NCBI GenBank assembly: GCA_003614675.1
Contig: ML002274.1
Coordinates: 1-49,953, forward strand
Direction of reading: 5' to 3'
Length of the DNA stretch: 49,953 nucleotides
From: Dimargaris cristalligena
Taxonomy: Eukaryota
Shown piece after piece: positions 22,575 through 38,737 of this stretch (positions within the stretch are counted from its first letter, which is position 1; every line of letters begins with the position of its first letter). A program made the position numbers and the translations under genes. The notes under the pieces are model-generated. The model saw only the letters and a list, made by a program, of their open reading frames with translations, ran no database searches and was not told the origin of the DNA.

Positions 22575-23564
22575 AGTGGTAGCGTAGGTGGAGGTGGCAC
22601 AATAGGGTTCAAAGGATGATAATTGGCAGATGTAGCACACTACTTGATGCAGATAATATGGGCAGGTCGGCAAATGAAAGCCGAAAATACGGAGTAAATG
22701 GGGAAAAGGGAGTGGCTATGTGTAAATTCTACTGGGATAGAGGGCTGGGTAAAACTGGGTGCGGAATTGGGAAAGGCCGTGCTTGATATATATATATATA
22801 TACAATTTGTGTGTGTCAGTCCAGTGTCGGAGGGGCAGTCAGGTATACCCCCCAAACTAAAGGTGTTGGATCCAGCGAACTCGTAAACTCAAACTCGGGT
22901 GACGGTATAGCCGGGAGCCAGAGAAAACCACGGTGTTTCGGCCGCCATTTCGGATACTCTCGACCGTATTTCTGCGTCTCGTCTTCGGGTCAACATTTAT
23001 CCTTCTCCTCCCGAACAATCGGCTTCTGACAATCGCACGGGAAGCAAGTGAAAATGAGTGCATAATGGGGTTACTCAAATCATCTGTGCTTTTTGTCAAT
23101 GAAGATTTCCCTCCACCCACTTCTCTTCTCTTCTCTTCACTTATCGCTATATCTATTAACGGGCGGACTTGGGACTGTTTAAGATTAAGGGCTTAAATTA
23201 TAGTCGATTTTAACGATGGGGTGTGGCTTCCCACCTGCCCCACCAATAGCCCATCTCTTACGGAGTAGTTGTGGCGCAGTCGCATCCCAGTGCTGGAAAA
23301 ACGGTGGAACAAATACCACCGTTCCCGCGATATATAATTTAGACAAATATAATTATTCCACCTTCCTACCATTTTAATTATATAGCACCCTATCCATATA
23401 CATAATATGTTCGTGAAATTTAAAATTCTCGAATCTGCTCTCCTTGGCACCCTCCGCCTGGCAAGTCCAACAACAACAGTACATATAATAGTGCCCTTTA
23501 TCTACTTTGCGTAACAGAATAGAATACCCTGGTCACAAACTTCGCCATGCCCGATACTTAAATA

Positions 23565-23593
23565 AGAGAGAGAGAGAGAGAGAGGGGGGGGGG
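23565..23593. repeat. (AG)n microsatellite followed by a G run
   Basis: Directly visible in the sequence. Confidence 0.85.
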
Positions 23594-24775
23594 TAAAATT
23601 GATCCAACAAAGAACTATTGAGATAGATTGCCGCCGAAAAGGATGACCATGGCCACGACGCCTTCCCCGCCCCCCTTGCCCAAGAGGATGTTCAAGCTTA
23701 CTGGGGCTTATCTAGTATGGGGCCGCTACATTATTAGTACAATTGCGCGGGTCTTCATTTGTCCTGTTTACTGGGTTACGCTGACTGAGGAGCAGGCTAT
23801 TTAGGGATGTTGTAATGAAGGTGTAGATTACAAAGGTGGCTCTGTCTTGGATTGAGTCCCTGCCCAATAAAGGTTTGCTTATATGGGACATAAGGTTAGT
23901 GGGTAAACCTTTAGCCCATGCTTGGCATTGAGTGGAGGGAAAATGCGTAGTATAATCGGGAAGAGGGATAATATTGTTTGAAATGCCCATTGGGGTTTTT
24001 GGGCAATGGCCGATTAGTATGGGTGGCGGAGAGGGGAATGTGAATAAAGTCGCATGGGTATCGCTTCCATACTACGATTAAAGGGGACCCTCTTAACTTG
24101 GGTTAGCAAGTGCAGCACCTCAGCCCCAGCATTCTATAACCCTATTCCTGCCTCCCCACAGAGTGGGCCATCCTCAACTTTGGGGTTTCAACAGTAGCAA
24201 TTGGTGCCGCTTAAGCACAGCCATTTTAGTAGGCGACGGACTGGACGCATGGTAAGAGGTTCGGCAGTGGAATAGGAATGGCCATATGTACGGCAAAACT
24301 CTCGAATGGAATTGCCAAATCATTAGGACAATGCGTTGGACAATGATTGACATCGTTCTACATTTAAAAATGACAGCCGCGATATTCGGACTCTCATGGT
24401 GACTGACTTCACTGAATGTTCGGAAGGTCAGTGGGGTGTTAATTAAATGTAAAGGAACACCTAGTTTCCCAGGTGGAGGCCTTTAGCAGTGATCGCAGTA
24501 CTATGAAATTGGGGATTAGACCACCCCCTCAACTCGGGCCCCTTTGTCGCCAACCCCAATATCAGTTGAAGCATCCGTGTAATAGCTAGATAAATCGGTT
24601 AGTGCCCACACAGCTACGGAATTGTAAAATAAAAGTAGTTGGGAAGGGTTGGTGGGTATATAGATCGGCTGCCCGAGAGTCCAGGCGTATAATTATTTAT
24701 TGAATTGTAAGTTGCACTCGCTTTGTTTAATGGGGTTGTGTATTATCAAGCGTGTAGAGGTAGGTCGGTTTGAAA

Positions 24776-24955
24776 TTAAAACAATACTGGCAATAATATA
24801 TTCTTCTTCGAGACCAGCCTCTCTCCTGTTTGGGCCCATAGCGGTACCATGGTTTGGCCATTTATAGTTATGTTGGGGTAGACTTCTGAGTGCACAGGGA
24901 TAGCGGTGGTGGTTGGACATGGTAGTTGTACTACTCTAATTGCTGAAGTCTTTAT
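24776..24955 (-). pseudogene. Possible decayed secreted-protein gene (5' fragment)
   Basis: Frame ATA-AAG-ACT... reads IKTSAIRVVQLPCPTTTA|IPVHSEVYPNITING, like an eroded signal peptide with ATG>ATA. TATA tracts lie ~140-160 nt upstream; downstream frames are broken. Confidence 0.25.
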
Positions 24956-25769
24956 TAATGGCCAATGGCGGCTAGCTTGCTTAGAAGTGACAAACCCACT
25001 GGTGTATGGCCCTCCACATCAAAAAATAGGCGGATTGCTGCTAGAAAATGAAGCCGAATAGCTAACTTGGACGGCTAATTGAGCACGAGATGTTTATATA
25101 ACGAAGCTCCTCTATATAGACTAGGGTGCTCTTTCCGCTAAACTATATCCACCTTCGTCCATAAAAGAGTGGTTTTACATTTTTAAAAAATATTGCCAAA
25201 AGACCTGTTTGAGTCTTGTTATACAGTGGGGGTATGTGGGAGTGGCCTCGCAATATCGAGTATAGCCTTTCTGGGCGACGGGCAGTCGAAGGAAATTCAC
25301 CAGTGAATCTATATTTCTATTAGATGCCCTCGTTTGGCAGAGACTCTAGGTACACAGCAATGACACACGTAGATCAATGATGTAGCTGGACTAAGGTTTG
25401 AGGAACCATTGTGCGTGTACCACACCACCCTCTCCCCCGTGCCCAATTATATGTCTGTTTGAACAGCAGCACCCCACTTAACCTAGCGTACCTTTTTGTC
25501 TCTCTGATAGCCGCTGCTACTTAAACCACCCGCCTCGTCAACATCGGCCTTAGCGCTGAAATTAGCGTCTTGCTTTGTTCACTCCTAGCTCTGGCTTATA
25601 TACATGCACAGTCCCTAGTCCACCCAATGTCTGCCCATTTAACCTTGAACTAAGCAATACTTCTCCGACTTCAGTGAACAGACAAGGGTAGCTTTTACGG
25701 CTTCCTGTTCTTTTTATATCACCTTTTCCTTTTCAATTTCATCATACTAAACATCCGATTTTCTCCGAT

Positions 25770-27305
25770 ATGCATTTGAAAGACCTTCTCTGCCCACTAG
25801 TCGCCTCCAAGCTAACGGCCTTCAGTTCCCCTCAGAACCCCGCCAGACAAACTATTATCGATGACCCCGGCACAAAATGGATTGATTCAACTATTTTTTT
25901 ATCCCCTTTGCTAATAAACGATATTGTGCAACAACTGCCTGCGTCGTCGTATGTCTGGTGGGCCCCTGTGCTGCAGGGTGCTGGTCCCTATTCCGCTGAA
26001 ATCTCTAATAAGGTGAGTTTATGTTTCCAGTGTTCGTAGGTGCATTCTGAGGGAAATTATATCACCAATATCATATTTAAGCCAAACGAATCAACTTTAT
26101 TCGACCAGAATACGTTTAGTAATTTGTTCTATACATACAAAGGATAGTGGGAAACCGTGGCTAATTCAACCTTTCACCTCCCCGACCCTGTCAATTGACC
26201 CAAACGGCGACTATTTGGGCGATTTTTGTTGGTGACTATAATGTCACCTCCCACCCAGGTCAATAGATTTTTAAATCGCCACTTTAATCTATTAGACTCA
26301 GGGGGCTACGACAATGTTCCTCCCGAGGAGCTCATCAATGGCTGGTTTACCCAAATTCCCTTAGAATCTACCTACGCAGTTGTTGAAATGATGGCCGATA
26401 TGTACCATGGCTCGGTCAATATCTATTATGAAACCTCCTTTCTGAGCTCCTGGAGTAAAACCTACGACAGTATCCACGCCCTAGTCCGAGGGAACAGAGA
26501 AAACCCCCTATTCGTTGATACCAATTGGAAATACGTTGAGCTGGCTAGTATCCCGGCGATGGATTTTATGCGACAGTTCCCCATCGCCCAGGTGGCCACT
26601 TACGAAGTTCTAGAGCGCCTAATCAAACTGCAAAAGACCCCTTCTCACACCGAACCGCCGCCAGGCTCTCTAATCAACTACGATTTGCTCCATTTGGGAA
26701 TTAACTTGGGCGAACTTCAGGACTTTAAGTTCACGCTCGGAGCCCTTCAGTGGATTGGCGTGCAGATTATCCTGAATGTGGCCATTTGGCACCTTTACCA
26801 TACCGGAAATAAGGCGGTGCTCCAACAGTTCGTGAACATGCCTCAGTTTTTGGCCACCCCCAATCAAGACTACCAACAGTTTGCTCTCCTGCGACGATCT
26901 CTCAATTTTCTGCTGACTTTGGCAACGGTGAAACAAGATATCGAACTGATCCAGGCCATCACCCAGCGCTGGCTCTGGACAGCCGCTCTTCAGTCAGGCG
27001 AGGGAGAAATCCGACCAACCTATAATCAGGAAATGGTGATTGATTGTTTATACGCTAATGGACTAGATAAATCGGCGGACTATCTCCGCAATCTTTGGAA
27101 CGCTAACCACCAAACAGAACAAATGGATGCGACATTCTGTGCCAAGGTAAATTTTGGAAGTCGATGGCTTCGCGTCACACCCAACGGCAGTGTGCTTCTC
27201 GGACACTTTGTCCCCCATTTTTCGTTCAATGGAAGCGTCGTCTCCGGAATCCCCGAAAACGAAAAGGTACTGCCGGCTTGGAATATGGTACAGAAAGGTC
27301 GTTAA
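25770..27305 (+). CDS. Orphan, probably secreted protein of ~429 aa; exons 25770-26012 and 26259-27305
   Basis: Two ORFs joined in phase 0 by an AAG|GTGAGT...CCCAG|GTC intron. The 359-codon ORF has protein-like composition. The N-terminus MHLKDLLCPLVASKLTAFSSPQ is a weak signal peptide. No family recognised. Confidence 0.7.
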
Positions 27306-28495
27306 TCTCGGCGGATTGATGTGTTCAAGTAAGCTGTACTTCTTTTTTGAGGAGATGGTAGCTATTTCCACTTGGTTAAAAAATAAGCTTATTTCATACA
27401 CATTGGTCACAGCTATATTCTAGTAATGAATGGGATAATTCACCCGACCTTAATTATGTGATATTTGATCACCAGCTCCAGAAATGGGGCAAGTACAACT
27501 CTTAGATTTTATAGTAAAACGTATACACCCGTCCATTTGATGAACTTACCTGATGATATATACTACTAATCATCGGTCGCTACAAGTAGGAGCATCCGAA
27601 ATGGTGAAATCGGGTTGGTGTATATGAGTTGGTGAGGTGAGAGAACTCCCTTGCAATTATAAGGAAGGGCCACCATTGCCTACTAGAAAAGAGAAAAGCA
27701 TAATGTGATAACGAACCAATACCAATAAATCGGGCTTATCGTGGAGTATTCTTGACTGTTCTTAATCAAAAACTAGGGAGACTTGGAGGTTGCAGAAAAT
27801 TGAGCTGCTACGTGCTATGCAGGGTTAACCGACTGTTGTCCCTACTAAAGAATGTAATTAAAAAAATGACAAATACCATCAGCTAGGCGGCAGCCCGGAA
27901 ACACACGCGTTCTGTCAGCCAGTCCTGTTCAATCAATTTATAACTATTAGACAGTTTATTTATTAACCAACATAATCCTACCGTGTCCTGCCGAGTCCTA
28001 TTTTTTTAAAAGGGAAATATAACTGTACTATATAGTTCAATATACCAGTAGAGCGCCACTGCCAATCCCATAGCATTCAACCAAATTGTTTGTTGACTTA
28101 GGTTTATATTTGCTGGCCATGGTAAAAGAATTGCAGTTTATGGTTATTCCAGTTATATTGGCGGTGTCTGTAAAAATGGTGTACGTATCTATACCATCTT
28201 ATTGATGCCTAGTGAACAATATATACTTTTGACCCCGCGTCATCAATAAACGAATTCATCAGGCCGATTAATTATTTTCTTATTCGGAGCCAAATGGGTA
28301 TATGTAAAGCTTCTAGGAAGCATGGTAATTTGAATAATAATAAGAGGCAATTGGTTTATGATATCTCTGGATTTAAAAAACCGGTATATAGTATTTTAAG
28401 TCTAGCAAGCCATTACAGGTTACGAGAGTATGGGAAACGAAACAAATATTATCCCAATATTGAGTTTATACAATTATACCAAAAATATACTTTTC

Positions 28496-28614
28496 AGTTG
28501 TGGCCATATTCACGTGTAAGCACCGTATCCCGTTAGATCTGCGAAGTTAAGTACGTGTAAGCCAATTTAGTACTGAGGTGGGTGACCACTTGGGAATAGT
28601 TGGTGCCACAACTT
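28496..28614 (+). rRNA. 5S ribosomal RNA (dispersed copy)
   Basis: ~119 nt; AGTTGTGGC pairs with GCCACAACT (helix I). Internal elements CCCGTTAGATCTGCGAAGTTAAG and TTAGTACTGAGGTGGGTGACCACTTGGGAATA. A T-run Pol III terminator follows immediately. Confidence 0.95.
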
Positions 28615-29019
28615 TTTATTTTTTTCTCATTGTACTATTTTATCGCTATGATTTAATTGAAATTACCTCTGGAGCACCCTTTTGGCTGTGCATATTAATT
28701 AGGGTGGTGCTGTATTATTTAGTAAGTAAACGATTTAAGCCCCCCTCAACTCATAATACTCTATACAGACAAAGCCCTAAACTATGGTCAATTCCACCAG
28801 GGAGATACGGGATGTATGTTACACAGGTAGACGATTTTTTTATCTTTATTATTTAGTTAAAATGTTTAACAGAGAAACAAGTCAAGGTAGTCAATCAAGT
28901 GGGAAATTTAAAGCTGAATTATATTATGACAAGTAGGCTCTAGGCAAACATCAAAGTCCAGTTAGGATTAGGCTGGGACAAGGGGAGGGTTAGGTAAAAG
29001 ACGAGAACGGTTGGACAGG

Positions 29020-31110
29020 TCATGAGCCCATCGGTGGGGGAGGAGGAGGGGGTGGCACATCATCATCATCCGCCGGTGGTGGTGGTGGAGGAGGGGCTTC
29101 CGATGGCGGAGGGGGTGGAGGTGGAACTGATGTAGAAAACGGGGGATATCCGGCAGCAGCTGCCGCCTGGCTGGCCGAGGCGGCATCTATCGGCGGGGCC
29201 GCCGTGCCCGGAGGAACGGTGGGCATTCCGGACCACTGGTAGCTCGACGGGGGCGGAGGGTAACCGTAATCAGGGTAATACATGTGCGGTGGGTAACCCA
29301 TAGGTGGCATAGGGGGCATTCCGTAGTAGGCTACGGCACCGGCGGCTTGCCACGGCGAGGCGTGGGCCTCAGCGGACTCACCCGATGCACCGGGGGGAAC
29401 GGCAGGTAGGCCCGGGGCAGAGGCCGGTGGTGGATAAGGGGACATGCCCATCATGGGGGGTGGTGGGGGGTAGCCCGGGGGAAGTGGGAAGGGAGGAGGA
29501 TGAGAGGGGGGAGGGGCACTGCCGTACGGGTTGGGGGCGGAACTGGCTGGATTATGGTGGGGTGGACGGTGGTCGCGACCGCGGTAATCCGTCCGATGGC
29601 CTGGTCGGTCGGAAGAAGAACGAGGGGGACCTCCTCGACCACGTTGGTCATCCACGCCCCAGTCAATTCCTGCTGACTCTTTGGCTTCCCCATTACGGGG
29701 ACCGAGCGGAATATTATTAGACCCCGTTCGGAAGGAAGCATCCCTACTGGGGCCTCCCCCGTCACGGGGCCGCGGACGCCGACCTTCGCTATCGTAAGGG
29801 TGGTAGGATCGGGCGCTACCACCACCTTCCCGGTGAGAGGGACCGGCGGACCGCCAACTGTTTTCCCCGCGCGGTTGGTGTGAAGGGGGGTGTTGTTGGT
29901 GGTGGTGGGAACCAGGTCCAGAACCCGAGTTGGAGTGGGAATGGGAATGGCGTTGACCCATGGGGGTTGTCGACGGGGGCATCCCTGGAGGAGCCCCATT
30001 ATTACCTACATTCTCCCCAAGTTCGGCCATTAGATTATTATAATCATTATTAAGCTGCTCGTCACGCTGCCGGGCCTGCTGGAGGGCCTGGGGGTCATTG
30101 CGCATACGACAGTCCCGCTCGGTATGGCCGGCCCCATTACAGATCTTACAGACCAGGCTAACGGTCACATTTTCCCGTTCAGGACATTCGTACTTACGGT
30201 GGCCCAAGGCCCCGCAGTTCAGACAGGTTAAGTTATTGTCGTCCCGCAGGGTACCGTTCAACGAGGCCAGTTCGCGTAGTTGCTCCTGTTTCAGCTGGTT
30301 CTGATACTCGGGGGTGATTGCCGACGAAGTAATGATTTTCTGCACCATATCAACGGCCTTTTTCACCTTTTCCTCCGTATCCGCCGAAATAAAGCAGTGC
30401 AAATCCTCCTCGGCCCCGGGTATATTCGAGACATCCCCGGTACGCCCTTCCTTGATACTCCCCTTACCGCGGATACTGATTTTCGCCGCAGAGGTAGACT
30501 CCATTTTCTTCAGCGTATTCCCGCGGGGTCCGATCAATAGTCCAATGAAGTTCACGTGGGGGTATTCCTTGGCCGGAATGAAAATTTTCTCACTGACCCG
30601 GGTGGGTTTGCGGTAGTCCGCGGGTGGGCGATATTCCGGGTCTTTGAGGGTGGCCTGCTGCACCAACCGATGCCGTTCGTCCTCCAGTTTCTTGCGGTAC
30701 CGGTATTCCCGCGTGTTGACGCGTTTGCCGTCGGCGTTATATTGCGGTTCGGGGGAGGGGGATCGTTCGGGTTCGGGGGGTACGACGTCCCCCGATTTGA
30801 TCCGCCGGCCGATTTCCTCAATGCGAATGTGCAGCGCGTAGAGATCGATTTGATCTTTGCTCATGTTGGCCGTGATGGCTGTGGGTAGACCGACGGAGTG
30901 GGCCGGCGCTTGGTCATGGCCCCAGCGGGAACGGCGTTTTCGGCCGGCATCGCCGCCTCCCGTAGGGGTAGAGATGGAGCTGGCGGTCGGGCCGGGGGGA
31001 ACGGCCATCAATAGGGGTTGGGACTGGACTTGGGATAACTTGGCGGCTTCGGTGGCCTTGGCCGCGGCAGCAGCTACCGCAGCCGCGATTGAGGCCGGGA
31101 TGGCGTCCAT
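29020..31110 (-). CDS. MSL5: Branchpoint-binding protein / splicing factor 1 (BBP/Msl5), 696 aa, intronless
   Basis: RKRRSRW U2AF-ligand motif, RSPSPEPQY..GKRVNTRE, KH-QUA2 domain (NFIGLLIGPRGNTLK; LRELASLNGTLR), two CX2CX4HX4C zinc knuckles and a Pro-rich C-terminus. Confidence 0.97.
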   Translation of the reverse strand: MDAIPASIAAAVAAAAAKATEAAKLSQVQSQPLLMAVPPGPTASSISTPTGGGDAGRKRRSRWGHDQAPAHSVGLPTAITANMSKDQIDLYALHIRIEEIGRRIKSGDVVPPEPERSPSPEPQYNADGKRVNTREYRYRKKLEDERHRLVQQATLKDPEYRPPADYRKPTRVSEKIFIPAKEYPHVNFIGLLIGPRGNTLKKMESTSAAKISIRGKGSIKEGRTGDVSNIPGAEEDLHCFISADTEEKVKKAVDMVQKIITSSAITPEYQNQLKQEQLRELASLNGTLRDDNNLTCLNCGALGHRKYECPERENVTVSLVCKICNGAGHTERDCRMRNDPQALQQARQRDEQLNNDYNNLMAELGENVGNNGAPPGMPPSTTPMGQRHSHSHSNSGSGPGSHHHQQHPPSHQPRGENSWRSAGPSHREGGGSARSYHPYDSEGRRPRPRDGGGPSRDASFRTGSNNIPLGPRNGEAKESAGIDWGVDDQRGRGGPPRSSSDRPGHRTDYRGRDHRPPHHNPASSAPNPYGSAPPPSHPPPFPLPPGYPPPPPMMGMSPYPPPASAPGLPAVPPGASGESAEAHASPWQAAGAVAYYGMPPMPPMGYPPHMYYPDYGYPPPPSSYQWSGMPTVPPGTAAPPIDAASASQAAAAAGYPPFSTSVPPPPPPPSEAPPPPPPPADDDDVPPPPPPPPMGS

Positions 31111-32448
31111 CGCGGGTAATTAGGATAACGGGTAAATGGAAAATAGAGGGAGGCTTACAGGCGAAAGATGAAGGAGAATGAGGGAAAGTAAGGGGGGATA
31201 TGGAAGACTGGCCGAATGAGCTTATAATAGACGCAACGTCTCGCAGATAAAGGAAGAAGAAAAAAAATGGAACGCATCAATGTGGAATGGAACAGACGAT
31301 GAAGAAACGCGCCTGGGCGAATAGAAAGATGGGTATATTAGAGGCTGGCAAAATATTGGACAGTGGGCTGGTAATGGGATGCCAAACTGTGGGCACTAAC
31401 AGGCTCACTATCCCTTTTCTTTCCACAGGGTTTATGTGTAAGTTTCTCAACAATCAATAATATACTGTGTCCATCGCCCTGTGTGAGTGTCTCTCTCTCT
31501 ATATCCCTCCCACTCATCCGCCCATGCACCGGCGCATAATCCACTGTCCAGTAGAGATTAACATATTTTATTGCAAATGGATCGATGCCATTATAATTGA
31601 AATGGTCTACTCCCAACTCAATATAGTCAGTTAGCTATTGGTTGGATTAGACTGTATCGTCAGTTTTATTTAACCAGCGGGATTAGATAATTGGTATCCT
31701 CGAAATGGTTAGCTGGCTATTCTGAGCTAAGTTTAATATTAAAGTATATTAGACGGTGCCGCTTTGGAATTGCCAGGTCCTATTGAAGGGGATAAAGGGT
31801 CTCCACATTGGATAATAATATACACATGCACACAATTTTTATAGATACATCAAGGCTGGATCAAGGGAGCTCGATCAGCTAATGCGGTTCTTAATTTGAT
31901 GACTGGTGAGTTCGAACGGAGGGATAATGGGTATGGCGCAGAAGGTGAGGCTGGGGAGTAGATATGATGGGGAATAAATGGATAGTTTTGGAGGGGGGTG
32001 TAATAATAAGTAGATGAAGGGCGGGGTTCTCTTGTCTGGGGTAATGTTGATGAACCAAAGTATAGGAGGGTAAGTATTATCGATGCTATATAGGTAGTGA
32101 GTAAAACAATAGAAAGGAAACGGGAAGCTAGCTCTGAAAAATATATATATATAAAGAAAAACAAGGGCTGGTACGCCAAGCTGGACTAAGCATAGAATAG
32201 GCACAACACAATAGTCAGAAGAGGGGTTAATGACCTTATACACATGCACACTCGCACACAAGAGAGGGGTACCTAACGAGCAATGCAACCAAGCTGATCT
32301 ACCCATCAGATTAATTTACATTATGTCCAAGTAGTTGAAAGTGGAAAAGAGGGGAGGTGAAAAGAGAAGTTGCCAAGGACTGCGATTTCTCGCGCCAATA
32401 GGCGATTCTATAGTAATACACACGGGGGAGGGTACGCACAAGGAGGAA

Positions 32449-35218
<2,770 letters not shown>

Positions 35219-38200
35219 GCCGGAACAGGTCGTCCGAAAATCTAATGGGCGGGGGTGTCCGGAGTAGGGCGGTTACACTAGACTGGCGAGATAAAATGAG
35301 AAGTCCGGAGCGATAAGAAACGGACCAACGTGGAACCAAGGGCTTGTCGCAAGGAATCGGGCACGGTATAGGAGGAATGTGTAACTACGGAGAAAACTGC
35401 GGGAAACCAAAAAAAAAAAAAAAAGGTAGAGCACACTAATGGAAATACAGAGTAACGAAGACAAAAAGCCGGTACACCAGGCGGGTCACGAATAGACTAG
35501 AGGGAAAGGGGAGGTAAAAAACAGTGAATTGAGAATTCAGAAAAATAAGAGCAGCGAAAATGAGCTCGTAGGTAGAGTAAAACAACAGGGGCAATTGCCA
35601 ATGCAATAAAGGCCGCACAGACTGGGTAATGTTGACCGGAAATAACGCCGGAGTGGAGAGATGGCCGGGGCTGGAGTTTGGAATAAAGACTTGGGAGTGA
35701 ATGCTACGCTGGCAACAGAGCGGAGCAGAATAGTGCAATAGAAATAGGGGCGACGGCAAAAACCAAAAAAATGGTAGGGAGTACTAGGGAAGGAGCTGGA
35801 CAGACCAAGAAAAAAAGAATAGAACTGCGGAGTGAACGACAGGAGGGGATAGGTACTCGCTTACGTAGATGATGGATTTCCGGAAAGACACAGAGAGAAA
35901 GAGGCCAAAGGGCAGCAACAGTGGTCAATCGGAAGGCGGTTGAGCAGCCCTGGATGACAATGGCAAGGACTCTACGGTAGGTGGAAGTTTAGGCGCCACC
36001 AATATAGGAGGAGTGCAATAGCAGAGGATGTGGACCAAAGGGAATCCAATAGCACAGGAAAATAGGTGCAGCAGGCAATAGACGAGGCGGTGGAACAGTT
36101 CGATTAGCACGAGGTTACTGTACGCAGCGCAATGGGTAACACATGTAAAGATAGGCGAGGCGGCAGGGGGCGAGTGGGGGGCCAGTGGCCTTATATACCC
36201 CGAAAACCATGTAGTTAGTTGGTATATGCGCATATACAGATGGTGGTGGCACAGGCGGTAGTTAAGAAGGGAAGACGGCCACGCAGCCCCAACACAACTG
36301 CGGTGGTGGCCACCAAATATCAGATGGTCGGGCACCTTTCTCAGACTGGTTTTGTTCTTGTCGCGTTGCGCGAGCCCCTTCCCCCTCTTCTCCCACCCAC
36401 GTCCCTTATCTTATCCATCAGTGGTTGTCTGGGCCGTGCACTTGTTTTTATCAAGGAATGGTATTCCATATTGTTGATCTTAACCTCCAACGCACAAGCG
36501 AGTATTCCGTTGGAGAGACAGTCACTGACAGCCCTCCTCCTCCTCTCCAAAACATCTCCACTATGCGGCTTGAGTGATAAAACAAGCTGCATCCTTGTTA
36601 TACATGCCAAGTATGGGTAAAGTTCCTTTCCCACTGGAAAATATATATCTATGAGACAAAGTAACAGTGGACTTTCCGGCGATCCTCTGATATCATTTTG
36701 CCATCTCTCTCCGCCCAATGCCCGAGTTTCAAGTTGCTCCTGGTTGGATGATGCGTGGCCAGGCCAGGCAGTTAGGGCCGGAAATCATGTCACACGAAGT
36801 TGGACATTTGGCAAAAGGGAATTAGGAATTATTTTAGTGGGCCCCTCTCTGAGGCCAATGGGCACGAGGAGACATGATAGGCAACGGCCCCTTCTTAACC
36901 CACCATCAGTCCCCGAGAAAAGGGGGTGCCAATATTAACAGGGAGTGCATGTCATCACCAAATGGATGGCTTTGTATATATGTAGTTGGGGAAACACCAG
37001 CCGGGTGGGTGGGTGGGGTGTACACGGGGGAGGGGAAATGGGATGGGGCGGCGGAGGGTCCGACTGACTATGGTTGAGTAGCTGGAATCCACCAGCTGAC
37101 CCCAGTGCCACTATACCGATGGTCGGACAACTCATCGTACCAGTAAATAATAATCATAATAATATCCATGTCGTCATGCCGTACAGTGGTGACCGAATAT
37201 TAACCCTGTCTATACTGGTACCCATAGTTTGTCCATAAACAGGCAACCTCAGAAACATACCGAATCTCCGGATTTTCACTGGACCCATTTTCCCCCAATG
37301 ATCGTGGGGGGGGAGGGAGGGTAGAAGGATTGGATTTATCAAAAGACCCATTTAATCTGGGGAGTGCAAACCATCAAGGGGTGCAGTCAGGGATTCCCGC
37401 CTGTACAGAACAATACGTGTGAATTAGAGTGAATCGATGAAAATAGAGGCGCAGATGACAGTTTTGAGCCTACCAAGCAGGGTTCGATAAGGGGGGTCCC
37501 TCAATAGAACGGAGGAAAGTCCGCGTATTTAAGAACTCCTCAAATCTAAATTACTTTAATATTCAATGAACCGCGTGGGCCCATCTTAACTGGGCAGGGT
37601 ATTGAGTAAATCTTAAACCGCCATGATTCCTTTAAGGCAATGGCTGTAGATTGCCCGCATATAGATCCCCGGCCTACCGACCCTAGTCGCCTGCACCTGT
37701 AAAGCTTTACCTATCCCTATAGGTTTTAAATAGGGCACAATATAATTCTTGAGGGTCAAGGGCTCTTATGAAATGTCGACTTCCTACACAATGATTTTGA
37801 ACTGAACGACAAAATTACATCAGGGGTGTGGGTAGAGTCCTTTTACGATAATAACATTATAGTAGCAAGGAAATTAGGGTATCTCACTGACTGTAGACTC
37901 CACCAGCGGTACAGTCATGATCTCAACTTGGTTGCTCAATTGTTTGAGGGCGGAGAAGTGGTCATACGATAGGTTGTTTGTGTAAACCATTCATTATTGC
38001 ATGCCCCAGTACTATACGTAGAGGTGATATTCAGGTTATAGGTCACATCCTGAGAATTAAATCCCAATCTGATGGTCATACTCAGCTAACCAGTCCCGCT
38101 AGAAGATAGTCTAGCTGATCGAGAAAATGATCTAATAAAATGCCCCTGAATATAAGCACCACCCTCCGAATTTCCGGGAACAAGTATATTCATTAGGAGA

Positions 38201-38737
38201 TCATGTCTGGTATACGTCCACAGAGGAAACTATTGCCAACCAAGTTGTTTTAGATCCCATTTAAGATGAAGTACGTTACTTCCCGGATCACGGCAAGGTC
38301 CTGGCTAACAGGCTTGCGTTGGGCCAAACTGAATTAATACAGGTTTTATTTGTATAACTAGACGCGGATCCCTCGGAATGTTGTTAAATACGACGACTGT
38401 CTACTCGTATAATGTGGGAATATATATACAAAATAAAATACAAGTGAGGAAGATAATGGGGAAGGTCCGTTCCTCCTGAAATAAACGACGAATCAGGTAG
38501 AAATCTGGTTTTGATCTCTAGTGCTGAGATCAATGGCGGGGTTGATTAAATCCATTTACCTGGATAGGTGCCAGGAACATTATGTCAAATTTGGGTTTAT
38601 TTTTTATTTCTGAGCTACATGAGGCATGTGCAAATGGTATACCGAAGATATTCCAATACATAATTAGCCCAATTGACTTGTCTAAGCGTAATCAATGAAG
38701 CCGGATTCGGGTGTGGACTTGGAAGTATCCAGTTAAA

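Noticed and set aside
26148-26225. In-frame TGA upstream of the 26226 ORF (possible selenocysteine or readthrough)
   Set aside because: It is removed by the in-phase intron 26013-26258, and there is no selenoprotein motif.
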